64,000 nt of DNA from an uncultured delta proteobacterium (GTDB lineage: Bacteria > Desulfobacterota > DSM-4660 > Desulfatiglandales > HGW-15): the NCBI GenBank assembly GCA_963707125.1, contig CAVPOU010000002.1:21806-85805 (forward strand), written 5' to 3'. The notes below the pieces were generated by a model. That model was not told the origin of the DNA. It did not search any database and worked only from the letters and a program-made list of their open reading frames with translations. The translations under genes and the position numbers were made by a program. Position 1 is the stretch's first letter. The number at the start of each line of letters is the position of its first letter. Positions 44,377 to 54,298 of this stretch are shown here, piece after piece.

Positions 44377-45360
44377 CTAAACCCACCCTTCCCTGCGGTA
44401 CCAGTCCAGCGTCTGCGTGATGCCCTCCCTCAGGGAGGTAGGGGCCGTGAAGCCGAGGTCGTTCCTGATCCGATCAGTAGTGCAAACCCAGCCGGGCGCA
44501 AGGAGTTCTGGGAGCTTTTGCCGGCTCAGGATGTTCGGCCGGCCCGTCATCCGGGACAGGATTTCCTGGATCACGCAGGCCAGATACAGGGCCGAACGGG
44601 GGATAGGGAGGCGCAGTGGGCGACACCGCAGCTGGCTGGCAATCTCCTGCATGAACTCTGCGTCGGTGCACGGGGGTTCTGCAGCCACATGGTAGGTTCC
44701 ACCGGCGCCTCGCTCGTTCCGCAGTGAGCAGAGGACCGCAGCCGCCACATCCGGCCCGTAAACCATGTTAAGATGCCGCTTGGCGCCAGAGACCAGAGGC
44801 ATGACGCGCCGTTTCACTTTTTGAAACAGAGCCAGAAATTCGGTATCTCTCGGTCCGTACACCGCTGCGGGCCGCAGGATGGTCCAGGGCACGCTGCAGC
44901 GCTGCCGGACCTCGATTTCGCCGAGCCATTTGCTTTGCCCGTAAACGGAAACCGGGCGCGGCTCACCGGCTTCCACGGCCGGGCTGCCTAAGACACCCGG
45001 CCCGCTGACGGCCAGGCTGGAGATGTAAACCAGATGTCGCACGGATTCACAGCACGCGTTGGCGGCCATGACGATGTTGCCGGTCCCCGCCTGGTTGACC
45101 CGGTAGAAGTCGGATGAGCGCAGGGCCTTGATTTTGCCGGCACAGTGGATGACCGCTTCCACCCCGCGCATGGCCTTTGTCAGAAGGGGCACATCGTCAA
45201 GAGAGCCGTAATGGACGGTCACTTCCGGAACGTGACGGGAAACAAAGCGGGTGTTGCTCGTGCGCTGCAACAGGATGGAGACCTCGTGGTGCCCGGCACG
45301 CAACGAATCGAGCACATGACTTCCCACGAACCCGCTCGCGCCCGTCAGGAAAACTTTCAT
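44377..45360 (-). CDS. NAD-dependent epimerase/dehydratase (extended SDR), candidate ceramide reductase CerR
   Basis: TGASGFVG, YGQSK, RPAAVYGP; operon context. Confidence 0.8.
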   Translation of the reverse strand: MKVFLTGASGFVGSHVLDSLRAGHHEVSILLQRTSNTRFVSRHVPEVTVHYGSLDDVPLLTKAMRGVEAVIHCAGKIKALRSSDFYRVNQAGTGNIVMAANACCESVRHLVYISSLAVSGPGVLGSPAVEAGEPRPVSVYGQSKWLGEIEVRQRCSVPWTILRPAAVYGPRDTEFLALFQKVKRRVMPLVSGAKRHLNMVYGPDVAAAVLCSLRNERGAGGTYHVAAEPPCTDAEFMQEIASQLRCRPLRLPIPRSALYLACVIQEILSRMTGRPNILSRQKLPELLAPGWVCTTDRIRNDLGFTAPTSLREGITQTLDWYRREGWV

Positions 45361-46475
45361 AGCGCTTTCTCGTAAATGCGGTAGACTTTCCCGATTTGTG
45401 CGCCCATGCGCTCAAGGGGTCTGCGCATCAGCACGTTGTCTTCCAGTATCCACGACATCTCGCCTGTCCGGTATCCCCTGGATAGTCCCTTCTCAAAGCT
45501 CTCGTGAATGAGCAGCACTTCAATGCCGCTCAGCCGGTATTCGGCAGCCACTCCCAGCAACAGCGTTCGCACTCTCCCTATGGTCTTGCGGCCGAAGAGT
45601 AAGTGCAGGAATCCGAAGGGAAACAGCCGGCCGTGCATCTTTTTCAGCAGGACGTTGTAATCCGGAAGGCTCACGGAAAAAGCCACAGGCTTCCCCTCCT
45701 TCTCCGCGATCAGGACCACCGAGGGGTCTACAATGGGCTTGAGTTCCCGGGCAGAGTAACGGAATTCGTCTTCCGTTACTGGGATGAATCCCCAGTTTTG
45801 CGACCACGCAGCATTGTAAATCCTGAATATCTCGGCCAGGTCTTCTTCAAAGCGGCGCATGTTGATGGAACGGATTACGATCTGTTTGCGCTCCTGGATG
45901 CGTCGTCTAAGACGCACGAGATAGTCCGGGATGCTCCCCTGGTATGCGTACTCGTAGGCCAGAAGATTTCTTACCTTGCTGTAGCCCAGTCGGGTCATAA
46001 AATCGGGGTAATAAGGCTTGGTGTAAGGCATCATCAAGGCTGGCAAACGGTCGAACCCCTGGACCAGAAAGCCGCATTCCTCATTGGTCGAAAAATTGAA
46101 AGGCCCCCGGATAACCTTCATGCCCCGGTCCCGAAGGGCGTTTTCAGCCGCCGTCATCAGGGCCGATGCAACCGCCTGATCGTCAACGCATTCGAAAAAT
46201 CCGAAAAAACCGACCTTCTCACCGGCATGGTCGTTGTGGCGCTCATTGATGTGGGCTGTGACCCGCCCCACGACCTCGCCCTTTTCGCCGCGTGCCAGAA
46301 AATAAGTGACATCCGTAAACTGAAAAATGGGGTTGGACGGCCTGAAGAATTTCTTGCGTTCGTAAAGAAGGTGGGGCACAAAAAAGGGATCCCGGCTGTA
46401 GTGCCGGAGCGGAAAACGCATAAAGGCATCCATATCCCGCTTGGATTCAGCCGGCTTTACGAAAACCTGCGTCAT
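45357..46475 (-). CDS. Tandem GNAT acyltransferase, candidate bacterial ceramide synthase bCerS
   Basis: GFFGFFEC, IRGPFNFSTNEECG, MMPYTKPYY, AWSQNWGF, EMSWILEDN. Confidence 0.8.
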   Translation of the reverse strand: MTQVFVKPAESKRDMDAFMRFPLRHYSRDPFFVPHLLYERKKFFRPSNPIFQFTDVTYFLARGEKGEVVGRVTAHINERHNDHAGEKVGFFGFFECVDDQAVASALMTAAENALRDRGMKVIRGPFNFSTNEECGFLVQGFDRLPALMMPYTKPYYPDFMTRLGYSKVRNLLAYEYAYQGSIPDYLVRLRRRIQERKQIVIRSINMRRFEEDLAEIFRIYNAAWSQNWGFIPVTEDEFRYSARELKPIVDPSVVLIAEKEGKPVAFSVSLPDYNVLLKKMHGRLFPFGFLHLLFGRKTIGRVRTLLLGVAAEYRLSGIEVLLIHESFEKGLSRGYRTGEMSWILEDNVLMRRPLERMGAQIGKVYRIYEKAL

Positions 46476-46482
46476 CGAACCT

Positions 46483-46543
46483 CCCTCATCCCCCTCACCC
46501 TTCTCCTCTCCCCCGTCGCGGGGGAGAGGGCGGGTGAGGGGGC
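46483..46543. repeat. CCCCTCACCC...GGGAGAGGG REP-like palindrome
   Basis: CCCCTCACCC-TT-CTCCTCTCCCCCG-TCG-CGGGGGAGAGGG-CGGGTGAGGGG. Confidence 0.75.
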
Positions 46544-46575
46544 ATCCTGATTTGGAAGGAATAGGTGCGTTCGTA

Positions 46576-47823
46576 TCAGATCAGACCGAGCTCCTTGCCG
46601 ACTTTTTTCAACTTTTCAAGCGCGGTCTGTATCTGATCTTCCGTGTGGGTGGCCATCAGGCTGATGCGGATGAGGCATTTGTTCGGCGGAACGCCCGGAG
46701 GCAGAACAGCATTGACAAAAACGCCTTCCTGGTGAAGCCGCATGGCCATCAGCAAGGTTTTCTCGTCTTCATAGCAGAAAACAGGCAGGATAGGGGTTTG
46801 ACTGGCACCCAGGTCAAAACCGAGCCCCAGCAACCCCTCTTTCATCAAGCGCGTATTGTGCCAGAGGCGTTCAATCCGCTCAGGTTCCCGCTGCATGATC
46901 TTCAGGGCCTCCAGGACGGCGGCGGCATTGGCCGGCGTCATGCTGGCGCTGAAAATAAGGCTGCGGGAATGGTGTTTCAAGTATCTAATGGTGTCTGCAT
47001 CAGAGGCGATGAATCCGCCAAGGGAAGCAAGTGATTTGCTGAAGGTTCCCATAAGGATGTGGACGCGATCAGTGAGTCCGAAATGATCGCACGTGCCGCG
47101 CCCGTTGTTCCCCATCACGCCGATGCCGTGAGCGTCATCAACCATGACGGCGGCACGATAGGTTTCCGCAAGCGATACAATGTGCTCAAGCGGCGCGATG
47201 TCCCCAGACATGCTGAAAACCCCGTCCACAACAATGAGCTTGCCGGCAGCAGGATCGATTTTTCTCAGGCAGTTTTCAAGGCCGGCCATGTCATTGTGGT
47301 TGTAGCGCATGAAGGTGCCCAGGGACAGCAGACACCCGTCCATAATGCTGGCATGGTCCTCCTTGTCGGCGACGACGTATTCGCCGCGCCCCACCATGGT
47401 ACTGATGGTGCCGAAGTTTGCCTGAAAACCGGTCGAATAAAGGAGCACCGATTCCTTCCCAACGAACCTGGCCAGAGCCTCCTCCAGCTCCAGATGGATG
47501 TCCAACGTGCCGTTCAGGAAGCGCGATCCTGCACAGCCTGAACCGTATTTATCCACGGCTGTGTGAACGGCCTGCTTGATTTCCGGGTGATTGGTTAAGC
47601 CCAAATAACTGTTGGACCCCAGCATCAGCACCTTCTGCCCTTCGATGATCACTTCGGTGTCCTGGGCAGAAGAGATGGGTCTGAAATACGGATAGAGTCC
47701 CAGAGCCTGGATTTCTCTGCTCCTGGTAAAGTTTCTTCCTTTTTTCAATAATGGCGGTTCAGTCTGTTCGCTATCTTTCATACCACCGAGATCCTCACAG
47801 ACTATCTTCTCGGATACGGCCAT
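46576..47823 (-). CDS. spt: Serine palmitoyltransferase (alpha-oxoamine synthase family)
   Basis: [37 protein letters not shown] lysine in GTFSKS; neighbours match the ceramide pathway. Confidence 0.82.
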   Translation of the reverse strand: MAVSEKIVCEDLGGMKDSEQTEPPLLKKGRNFTRSREIQALGLYPYFRPISSAQDTEVIIEGQKVLMLGSNSYLGLTNHPEIKQAVHTAVDKYGSGCAGSRFLNGTLDIHLELEEALARFVGKESVLLYSTGFQANFGTISTMVGRGEYVVADKEDHASIMDGCLLSLGTFMRYNHNDMAGLENCLRKIDPAAGKLIVVDGVFSMSGDIAPLEHIVSLAETYRAAVMVDDAHGIGVMGNNGRGTCDHFGLTDRVHILMGTFSKSLASLGGFIASDADTIRYLKHHSRSLIFSASMTPANAAAVLEALKIMQREPERIERLWHNTRLMKEGLLGLGFDLGASQTPILPVFCYEDEKTLLMAMRLHQEGVFVNAVLPPGVPPNKCLIRISLMATHTEDQIQTALEKLKKVGKELGLI

Positions 47824-48304
47824 CTCCCCCTCTTCAAATCGCTATTGGACATCGAGCGTTGACCTATGTGAACCATTAGGAAATCAATGGGTTCTTATTA
47901 GAGAAATATTGGCCCCGTGTCAAGAATGATCTTAAAATCAAGCCGTTAAAGTGAGAATCGCGTTTCTGTCCTTGTTTCCCCTACTCCACCGCGTAGAGTT
48001 CGACCAGCCCCCTTGTTCAAGCAAGCCACGATCTCTTCCCTCTGCGATACGCTTTCCTAGATACCCTATTGTGTGCTATCATGCCGCATCGCTATGGCTC
48101 GGTTGCACTCGTCGCTTCCAATTCTTGAAAGACTTCGTCTGGCGCTTCTACGGCCCAGAAAGCCAAAGATCTCTTTTTGCGCGCCATGCAGGGATTCCAC
48201 TTCGCTTTTGAAGGCTTTGAATTGACAATGAAATCATTATCCTTACTTTCTTGCGGAATTCACAGACTATCCGCTCGCAACCTCGATATCAGGGAGTTTC
48301 ATTT

Positions 48305-50653
48305 ATGAGTCCCCAGCTTGCAGATTACCCGTTTCGTTGCGTGTTCAGTTTGAGACCCCTTATCGAGTTCTGGCGTCGAAACATTGCCGCCAATCCCGAA
48401 TATGGGAGTTGCCTGGCAGAAAGCCTTGAAGCAAAGCTTCAAAGAGCCCCTGAACTCCTTGAACCCATAGAAGATCTCACCGTTTTGGACCAGCACCAGG
48501 ACCTGCTCAAAAGCTTGATGAGTTTGGTTTTTCCTCCGGCCTTCTGGAAGACAGACCTGGTGGGCGCCTTTGTGCCTTTCATCCTCCTGCCGGTTTACAC
48601 CTCTCCCTCATTCAAGCGCCTCATTCTAAAGGACGACGGCTCTTTCAAGGGCACGCCTCTCATGGGACAAGAAAATTTCTTCGTGGGTCGTATCCTTATG
48701 GCCTACTTCCTGATTCTCGAGCGTCACTACGGGATTCGCCGGGAAATAGACCCCCCGATCATCCAGGTGGTTCCGGATCCGGACACGGGACTGGATCTTT
48801 ACTTCAGAATAAGACCCAACATGAGGTTTATTGAAGTGCACCCGAGAGGCAAACTCAAAGAGCTCACCGAACAAGAGCGCGCAAGAATTCTCCAGAATAT
48901 GACAAACCCGGCTGTCCTTCGGGAAATTCTGCCGCCTGAGAACTTTGAATTCAGCGGCTTCGGTTCTCTTTACGTATTCGATGTGACCCAGTCTGAAATC
49001 ATCTCAGCACTGGAGAGAAGCCTTATCGATCAGGAATCCATCTTCTCCCAGAGCGGTTTTCAGCTTCTCCAGCAAAAGCTTCGCACCCTGTTTCGCTGTC
49101 CCAGTCTCGTCGCCGGCCTCGCGGCGATCAAGGGCGATCAGGTTATGCTCTTGAATGTGGGATGCGATCTTTCCGACAGTTCCGTTTTTTCAGGGTCCCT
49201 GCACCTGCCCCTTAGCGAATTTGAAGGATCCTTCTATGAACGGGCATTCACGGAAAACAGGATTCTCATTATCCGGGATCTCAAGGAAAAGACGCTCCGG
49301 ACAAAAGCTGAGGAAGCCGTTTTCCAGGGCGGCGCCAGATCGCTTCTCATTGCGCCTCTGACCTACCAGGGAAGCATGATCGGCACCCTTGACATTACCT
49401 CACCGAACCCCGGGGAATTCGGCCCCGAGGACCTGATGCTGATGAACCAGATCATTCCAATCTTCGCACTGGCCGTCAAAAGAGCGCTGGACGAGACGGA
49501 CCACCATATCCAGGGCGTTATCAAGCAGAAATGTACCGCCGTGCATCCCGCAGTGGAATGGCGCTTCCACGAGGCGGCATTTCATCATCTGGACAGAATC
49601 AGAATGGGACAGGTGTCTGATCTTGAACCGATCGTCTTTAGAGATGTTTACCCTCTCTATGCCATCTCTGACATTCGCGGGTCTTCCGAAGAACGAAACC
49701 GGGCCGTGCGGAGTGATTTAGAAGAGCAACTGGGTTTGGCTCTCAGGGTGATCCAACTGGCAAGCGAGGCAAGATCGATGCCTATTCTTGAAGAGCTCGG
49801 CCACCGCCTGGGAAGGCAACTGGAGCGGCTGCGCGGAGGCTTGAGCTCCGGAGATGAAGCCTCCGTCATCAAGATGCTTAAGACAGATGTTGAACCCCTC
49901 TTTGTCCCTTTTCAGGATTTCAGCCCGCAAGTCCGCGTGGCCATTGAAGGGTATCAGTCCGCTCTCGATGCCAGGTTGGGTACCGTCTATCGCAAGCGCA
50001 GGGAATTCGAAGAGAGCGTGTCGCTTCTCAATAAACGGATCTCCCTTTATCTGGACCGGGAACAGGTTGAAGCCCAGTCGGTGTTTCCCCACTACTTTGA
50101 GAAGCACCAGACCGACGGGGTGGATTACCTCATCTACGTGGGTGCCAGCCTTGTCGAAAAAGGGGTGTTCAATGAACTGTATCTCGAAAATCTCAGACTC
50201 TGGCAACTGATGGTCTCCTGCGGCATCGCATGGCATACTGTGCAATTGAAGACCGAGCTCAAAGTGCCGCTTGAAACGGCTCACCTTATCCTGGTCAATC
50301 ACACGCCCCTTTCTATTCGATTCCGATTTGATGAAAAGCGGTTTGATGTGGACGGTGCCTATGACGTAAGGCAGGAGATCATCAAATCACGGATTGATAA
50401 AGCCATGGTGAAGGGCAGCCCAGAGCGCCTTACCCAGCCGGGCAAAATCGCGGTGATCTACTCTCAGCCCCAGGAAGGAAGGGAGATACGCCGCTACATC
50501 GATTTTCTTCGATCTCAGGGTTTCCTCAAAGGAGACACAGAAGCATTAGACGTGGAAGAGCTTCCCGGTGTGCAAGGGCTCAAAGCATTGCGCGTCGAAA
50601 TCGACCTCAAATCCCCCGTCATCTCAGAGCGCACAGCCCGAATGTCAAAGTGA
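48305..50653 (+). CDS. Large GAF-domain protein with uncharacterised C-terminal domain
   Basis: GAF signature RSLLIAPL..IGTLDITS..F; AGGGAG RBS before ATG 48305. Confidence 0.85.
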   Translation: MSPQLADYPFRCVFSLRPLIEFWRRNIAANPEYGSCLAESLEAKLQRAPELLEPIEDLTVLDQHQDLLKSLMSLVFPPAFWKTDLVGAFVPFILLPVYTSPSFKRLILKDDGSFKGTPLMGQENFFVGRILMAYFLILERHYGIRREIDPPIIQVVPDPDTGLDLYFRIRPNMRFIEVHPRGKLKELTEQERARILQNMTNPAVLREILPPENFEFSGFGSLYVFDVTQSEIISALERSLIDQESIFSQSGFQLLQQKLRTLFRCPSLVAGLAAIKGDQVMLLNVGCDLSDSSVFSGSLHLPLSEFEGSFYERAFTENRILIIRDLKEKTLRTKAEEAVFQGGARSLLIAPLTYQGSMIGTLDITSPNPGEFGPEDLMLMNQIIPIFALAVKRALDETDHHIQGVIKQKCTAVHPAVEWRFHEAAFHHLDRIRMGQVSDLEPIVFRDVYPLYAISDIRGSSEERNRAVRSDLEEQLGLALRVIQLASEARSMPILEELGHRLGRQLERLRGGLSSGDEASVIKMLKTDVEPLFVPFQDFSPQVRVAIEGYQSALDARLGTVYRKRREFEESVSLLNKRISLYLDREQVEAQSVFPHYFEKHQTDGVDYLIYVGASLVEKGVFNELYLENLRLWQLMVSCGIAWHTVQLKTELKVPLETAHLILVNHTPLSIRFRFDEKRFDVDGAYDVRQEIIKSRIDKAMVKGSPERLTQPGKIAVIYSQPQEGREIRRYIDFLRSQGFLKGDTEALDVEELPGVQGLKALRVEIDLKSPVISERTARMSK

Positions 50654-50654
50654 A

Positions 50655-50770
50655 CGAGTCAAGGGACAAAGGGTCAAAGTAGCAAAGGCACAGAGCAGAA
50701 AAAACATTCAGTTCTATCCCTTTGTCCCTCTGTTCCTCTGTGCCTTTGTCCCTTTGAACCTTTGTGCCTG
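50655..50770. repeat. Octamer palindromic repeat (CAAAGGGW/CCTTTGTS)
   Basis: caagggacaaagggtcaaag ... ccctttgtccctctgttcctctgtgcctttgtccctttg. Confidence 0.7.
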
Positions 50771-50773
50771 CGA

Positions 50774-51538
50774 CTACATTCCTTTCATCTTCGCGATATC
50801 CAGATCCTCGATCACGGTGATGCCTTTGGCCTTCATCTCATCAAGAGCCTTTGCTGAGGTCTCCGGCGCCACGCCCTTGCTCAAATTCTTGACCATGATG
50901 ACCTTGTAACCGGCAGCCGCCGCATCTATGGCCGTCGCTTTCACACAGTAGTCTGTCGCGATGCCGTAGACCACCACCTTCTTAATGCCGGCCTTCTTCA
51001 GGATCTTGTCCATATCGGTCTTTTTCCCGCCGTCATCCTGAAAACCGGAGTAGCTGTCATACTGGGCATCCATCCCCTTCTTGACCGTAGCTTTGAAGAG
51101 CTTCTTGTCCAGCAGAATCTCCGCCCCGGGGGTGTTCTGCACGCAGTGGGGCGGCCACAGAACCTGGTCTTTTCCATGAAGCTTGATCACGTCAAAAGGC
51201 TTCTTCCCCTGGTGATTGGCGGCAAAGGAAGCATGGGTCGCAGGATGCCAATCCTGGGTCGCGTAGATGGGGAACCCGGCCGCTTTCAGCTTGGCTGTGG
51301 CATCTGCCACTGACTTGACGTAGGCGTCGTCGGTTCCCTCAACGGCCAGAGAACCTTTCTTGGCTTTAGTGAAATCCCCCTGAAGATCAACGACAATGAT
51401 CGCCGTGTCCACTGCCTTCTTGGTTGCTGCCTTGGCCGGTTCCTTGGCTTGCTTGGTTGTCTGCGCCATAGCCATCCCTCCAAAAGCCAGCGTAACGAAC
51501 AATACTCCGATCAGCACCTTGAATCCCCATTTCTTCAT
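50774..51538 (-). CDS. pncA: Nicotinamidase/pyrazinamidase with N-terminal signal peptide
   Basis: VVDLQGDF, TQDWHP, LWPPHCVQ, SYSGF, GIATDYCV. Confidence 0.9.
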   Translation of the reverse strand: MKKWGFKVLIGVLFVTLAFGGMAMAQTTKQAKEPAKAATKKAVDTAIIVVDLQGDFTKAKKGSLAVEGTDDAYVKSVADATAKLKAAGFPIYATQDWHPATHASFAANHQGKKPFDVIKLHGKDQVLWPPHCVQNTPGAEILLDKKLFKATVKKGMDAQYDSYSGFQDDGGKKTDMDKILKKAGIKKVVVYGIATDYCVKATAIDAAAAGYKVIMVKNLSKGVAPETSAKALDEMKAKGITVIEDLDIAKMKGM

Positions 51539-51723
51539 AAGCCACCTCCATTTTAAGAGTTAGACGAAGTATCCCCAAAACCAGAAGGAACTGATTGGTT
51601 CTCTCAGCGGTTTTATACTCCTCCGAAAAAGGGAAAGTCAACCTGTTCAAATTGTATCGGAATGACCCTTAGGATCTCATGTTGGTCAGGTGCACACCGG
51701 AGAGGGCGAAGAAGCCCTAACCG

Positions 51724-52020
51724 CTACTCTTCGCGGGCCATGGTGATGGCGCCCTTGGGACAGATGAAGGCGCAGATACCGCAGCCCTTGCAAAAATCGT
51801 AATCGATCTCAATGTGGCCGGTCTTCTCATTTCTGGTGATGCAGAGATCAGGGCAAAAATAGCGGCACAGGTCGCAGCTGCGGCAGAAATTATTCCCAAG
51901 GCACCGGCTCGCCTCCATGACCGCTGTCTCCTCATCAAGACCCGGTTTGACATGGTCAAGTTCTTCGGCGTGCTGCTCTTCACCCCGGCGCCTGATTTTC
52001 AATTCACATGGTTCAGCCAT
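51724..52020 (-). CDS. 2x[4Fe-4S] ferredoxin-like protein
   Basis: CRSCDLCRYFCP and CKGCGICAFICP; preceded by EASRCL. Confidence 0.88.
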   Translation of the reverse strand: MAEPCELKIRRRGEEQHAEELDHVKPGLDEETAVMEASRCLGNNFCRSCDLCRYFCPDLCITRNEKTGHIEIDYDFCKGCGICAFICPKGAITMAREE

Positions 52021-52036
52021 CCCGGCTTCCTTCGTT

Positions 52037-52154
52037 TCACCGCAAAGTCGCAAAGGACGCAAAGAAAATATTTTTCAGAGCTTCACTCTGTCCGATCGGT
52101 ATCTCCCGATCGGACAGAGAAAAACTCTTTGCGCTCTCTGCGTCTCTGCGGTGA
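52037..52154. repeat. Nonamer palindromic element
   Basis: TCACCGCAAAGTCGCAAAG ... CTCTGCGTCTCTGCGGTGA with an internal hairpin CTCTGTCCGATCGG/CCGATCGGACAGAG. Confidence 0.8.
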
Positions 52155-52155
52155 G

Positions 52156-53559
52156 TTATCTGTTTTTTGATTCCAAGTACCGGTCCACGGCCTGGGCGGC
52201 TTTCTTGCCGCTGGCCATGGCTTCCACCACCGTGCTTGCTCCGGTGACAAAGTCCCCTGCGGCGAACACCCCGTCCGCATTGGCTTGCAGGGTCTCTCGA
52301 TCGATAGACAGTACTTTGCTGCCTGATGCAAGACCGTTCACCACCGGCTCATAGTCCGGCTGCTGGCCGACAGCGGAAATAATCGTACCGGCTTCGATCA
52401 CGAACTCCGATCCTTCCACCGGCACAGGTCTTTTCCTTCCGGACTGATCCGCGTCCCGGAGCTCCGTCTTGATACATTGAAGCCCCTTTACCTTTTCTCC
52501 TGAGACCAGCATTTTCTTTGGAGCGGTGAGAAACTCTATTTTGATCCCCTCTCTAAGGGCATCGTTGATCTCTTCCCGGTCTGCAGGCATCTCTTCGAGG
52601 CTTCGTCTGTAAAGGATGGTCACCCTTGCTCCGCTTTTTCGAAGAGCAGAACGGGCCGTATCCACCGCGGCATTTCCGCCCCCGATCACTAGAACCCTGT
52701 TGCCCAGAGCGACGTCCCTCTGATCGCTGCATGCTTTCAGAAAATCGAGACAGTCCAGATACCCTCGATGATGATCCTCATTTTCAATGTTCATTTTCAG
52801 ACTTTTCTGAGTCCCTGTTGCGAGGATCACCGCATCCGCACCATCCTTCCGAAAGCCCGAGATCTTCACTTCAGAGCCGAAGTGCATCCCTGTTTTAATC
52901 GTGACGCCCATTTTTCTGATGTAGTCGATATCTCTTTGCAGGATCTCCCTGGGCAGCCGAAATGCAGGTATGGCCCACGCCAGCAACCCACCCGCTTCCC
53001 GGTAGGACTCGATGATCTCAACCTGATAGCCCATCCTCGCAAGCTCATGGCCGGCTGCCAGGCCCGCAGGCCCCGAACCTACAATTACCACCTTTTTCCC
53101 TTTGGGTTTGCCAACGCTAGGCGGGTTGAGCCGGCCATCATCGTAATCCGTGACAAATCTCTTCAAAGACCTGATCGACAGGGGATCATCCACTCGACCC
53201 CTGGTGCAAGCGCTCTCGCAGGGGTGATGGCACACATACCCGCAGACCGATGGAAGCGGATTCGCTTCCCTGATCAGTTCGATAGCTTCGCCATATCGCC
53301 CTTCTGCAATGAGCCTCATGTAGCCGCGCACATCCTGCCGTACCGGGCAGGTTGCCTGGCAAATTGGAAGGTCGAAGACCTTTGTGACGTTGATCTTCGG
53401 CTCTGTATCTGAACTGGAATACAGTTTTCCCCTGAGGCTCTCCCCTTCATACCTGAAGTCAGGGATCGCCTCTGCCGGACAAGCCTTGAGGCAGACTCCG
53501 CACGTCTCACAGCGGTTGTAATCAATTACGGGTTTGTGGGTTCTTCCCTCGACGGCCAA
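52156..53559 (-). CDS. GltD/NfnB-like FAD/NAD(P) Fe-S oxidoreductase with N-terminal ferredoxin motif
   Basis: CETCGVCLKACP, CQATCP, CGYVCHHPCE, GSGPAG, IGGGNAAVD. Confidence 0.9.
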   Translation of the reverse strand: MAVEGRTHKPVIDYNRCETCGVCLKACPAEAIPDFRYEGESLRGKLYSSSDTEPKINVTKVFDLPICQATCPVRQDVRGYMRLIAEGRYGEAIELIREANPLPSVCGYVCHHPCESACTRGRVDDPLSIRSLKRFVTDYDDGRLNPPSVGKPKGKKVVIVGSGPAGLAAGHELARMGYQVEIIESYREAGGLLAWAIPAFRLPREILQRDIDYIRKMGVTIKTGMHFGSEVKISGFRKDGADAVILATGTQKSLKMNIENEDHHRGYLDCLDFLKACSDQRDVALGNRVLVIGGGNAAVDTARSALRKSGARVTILYRRSLEEMPADREEINDALREGIKIEFLTAPKKMLVSGEKVKGLQCIKTELRDADQSGRKRPVPVEGSEFVIEAGTIISAVGQQPDYEPVVNGLASGSKVLSIDRETLQANADGVFAAGDFVTGASTVVEAMASGKKAAQAVDRYLESKNR

Positions 53560-53668
53560 AGCTTAGCGCTCCTCCTTTTCATTCGAAGGGCTTGCTGAAC
53601 TATTATTGAAATCGCGCAAATTCAAATTTCAAAATCCAAATGTCAAAGGAATGTCAAATCCCAAAATC

Positions 53669-54298
53669 CTAAAGTTCCATCTTTGATCTTTGGATTTGAT
53701 TTGACATTTGGACTTTAGCATTTGGCATTGCCCTCTGCTTACTGCCTTCTGCCTGCTGCTTACTTTCCTTTCCCAGACGATATCCCAGCTCAAGGGCCTT
53801 GATATTCAGGTCCCTGAAGCGGGCAGACACATTCTCGGTGATCGCCGCGATCAGAGCTTCTTTGGTGACCATTCCTGTAATCGCTGCAAAGGCTCCCAGG
53901 ATAACGATGTTCGCCGACTGCTTCTGGTCGAGCTCTTTGATTGCCTGAGAAGTGGCCGGGATACCGATTTGTATCACTTTCTCCAGGGTTCGAGGTGCAA
54001 CCATCTCGTCGTCATAGATAATGACTGCCCCTTCAGCCAGTTCCTCAGTGTACTGGTTGTAAGCCGTCTGAGCCATGGTGACCAGTACATCGGCCTCAAT
54101 CACGTGGGGAAACACGATCTGCCCGTCTGAAATGACGACATCCGAGCGTGCGGAACCGCCCCTGGCCTGAGCCCCGTAAGAGCTTGCACCGGCCACCCAT
54201 TTCCCGTCCTTGGTGGCGGCATATCCCAGGATCGTGCCTGCCAGCACCACACCCTGGCCCCCGAATCCGCTAATTCTGACCTGCCTGGGCTCACCCAT
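53669..54298 (-). CDS. 2-oxoacid:ferredoxin oxidoreductase gamma subunit
   Basis: SGFGGQGVV, SYGAQARGG. Confidence 0.93.
   Translation of the reverse strand: MGEPRQVRISGFGGQGVVLAGTILGYAATKDGKWVAGASSYGAQARGGSARSDVVISDGQIVFPHVIEADVLVTMAQTAYNQYTEELAEGAVIIYDDEMVAPRTLEKVIQIGIPATSQAIKELDQKQSANIVILGAFAAITGMVTKEALIAAITENVSARFRDLNIKALELGYRLGKESKQQAEGSKQRAMPNAKVQMSNQIQRSKMEL

Noticed and set aside
47951-48211. 86-aa ORF in the spt/GAF divergent intergenic region
   Set aside because: No RBS or motif; lies between two putative promoters.
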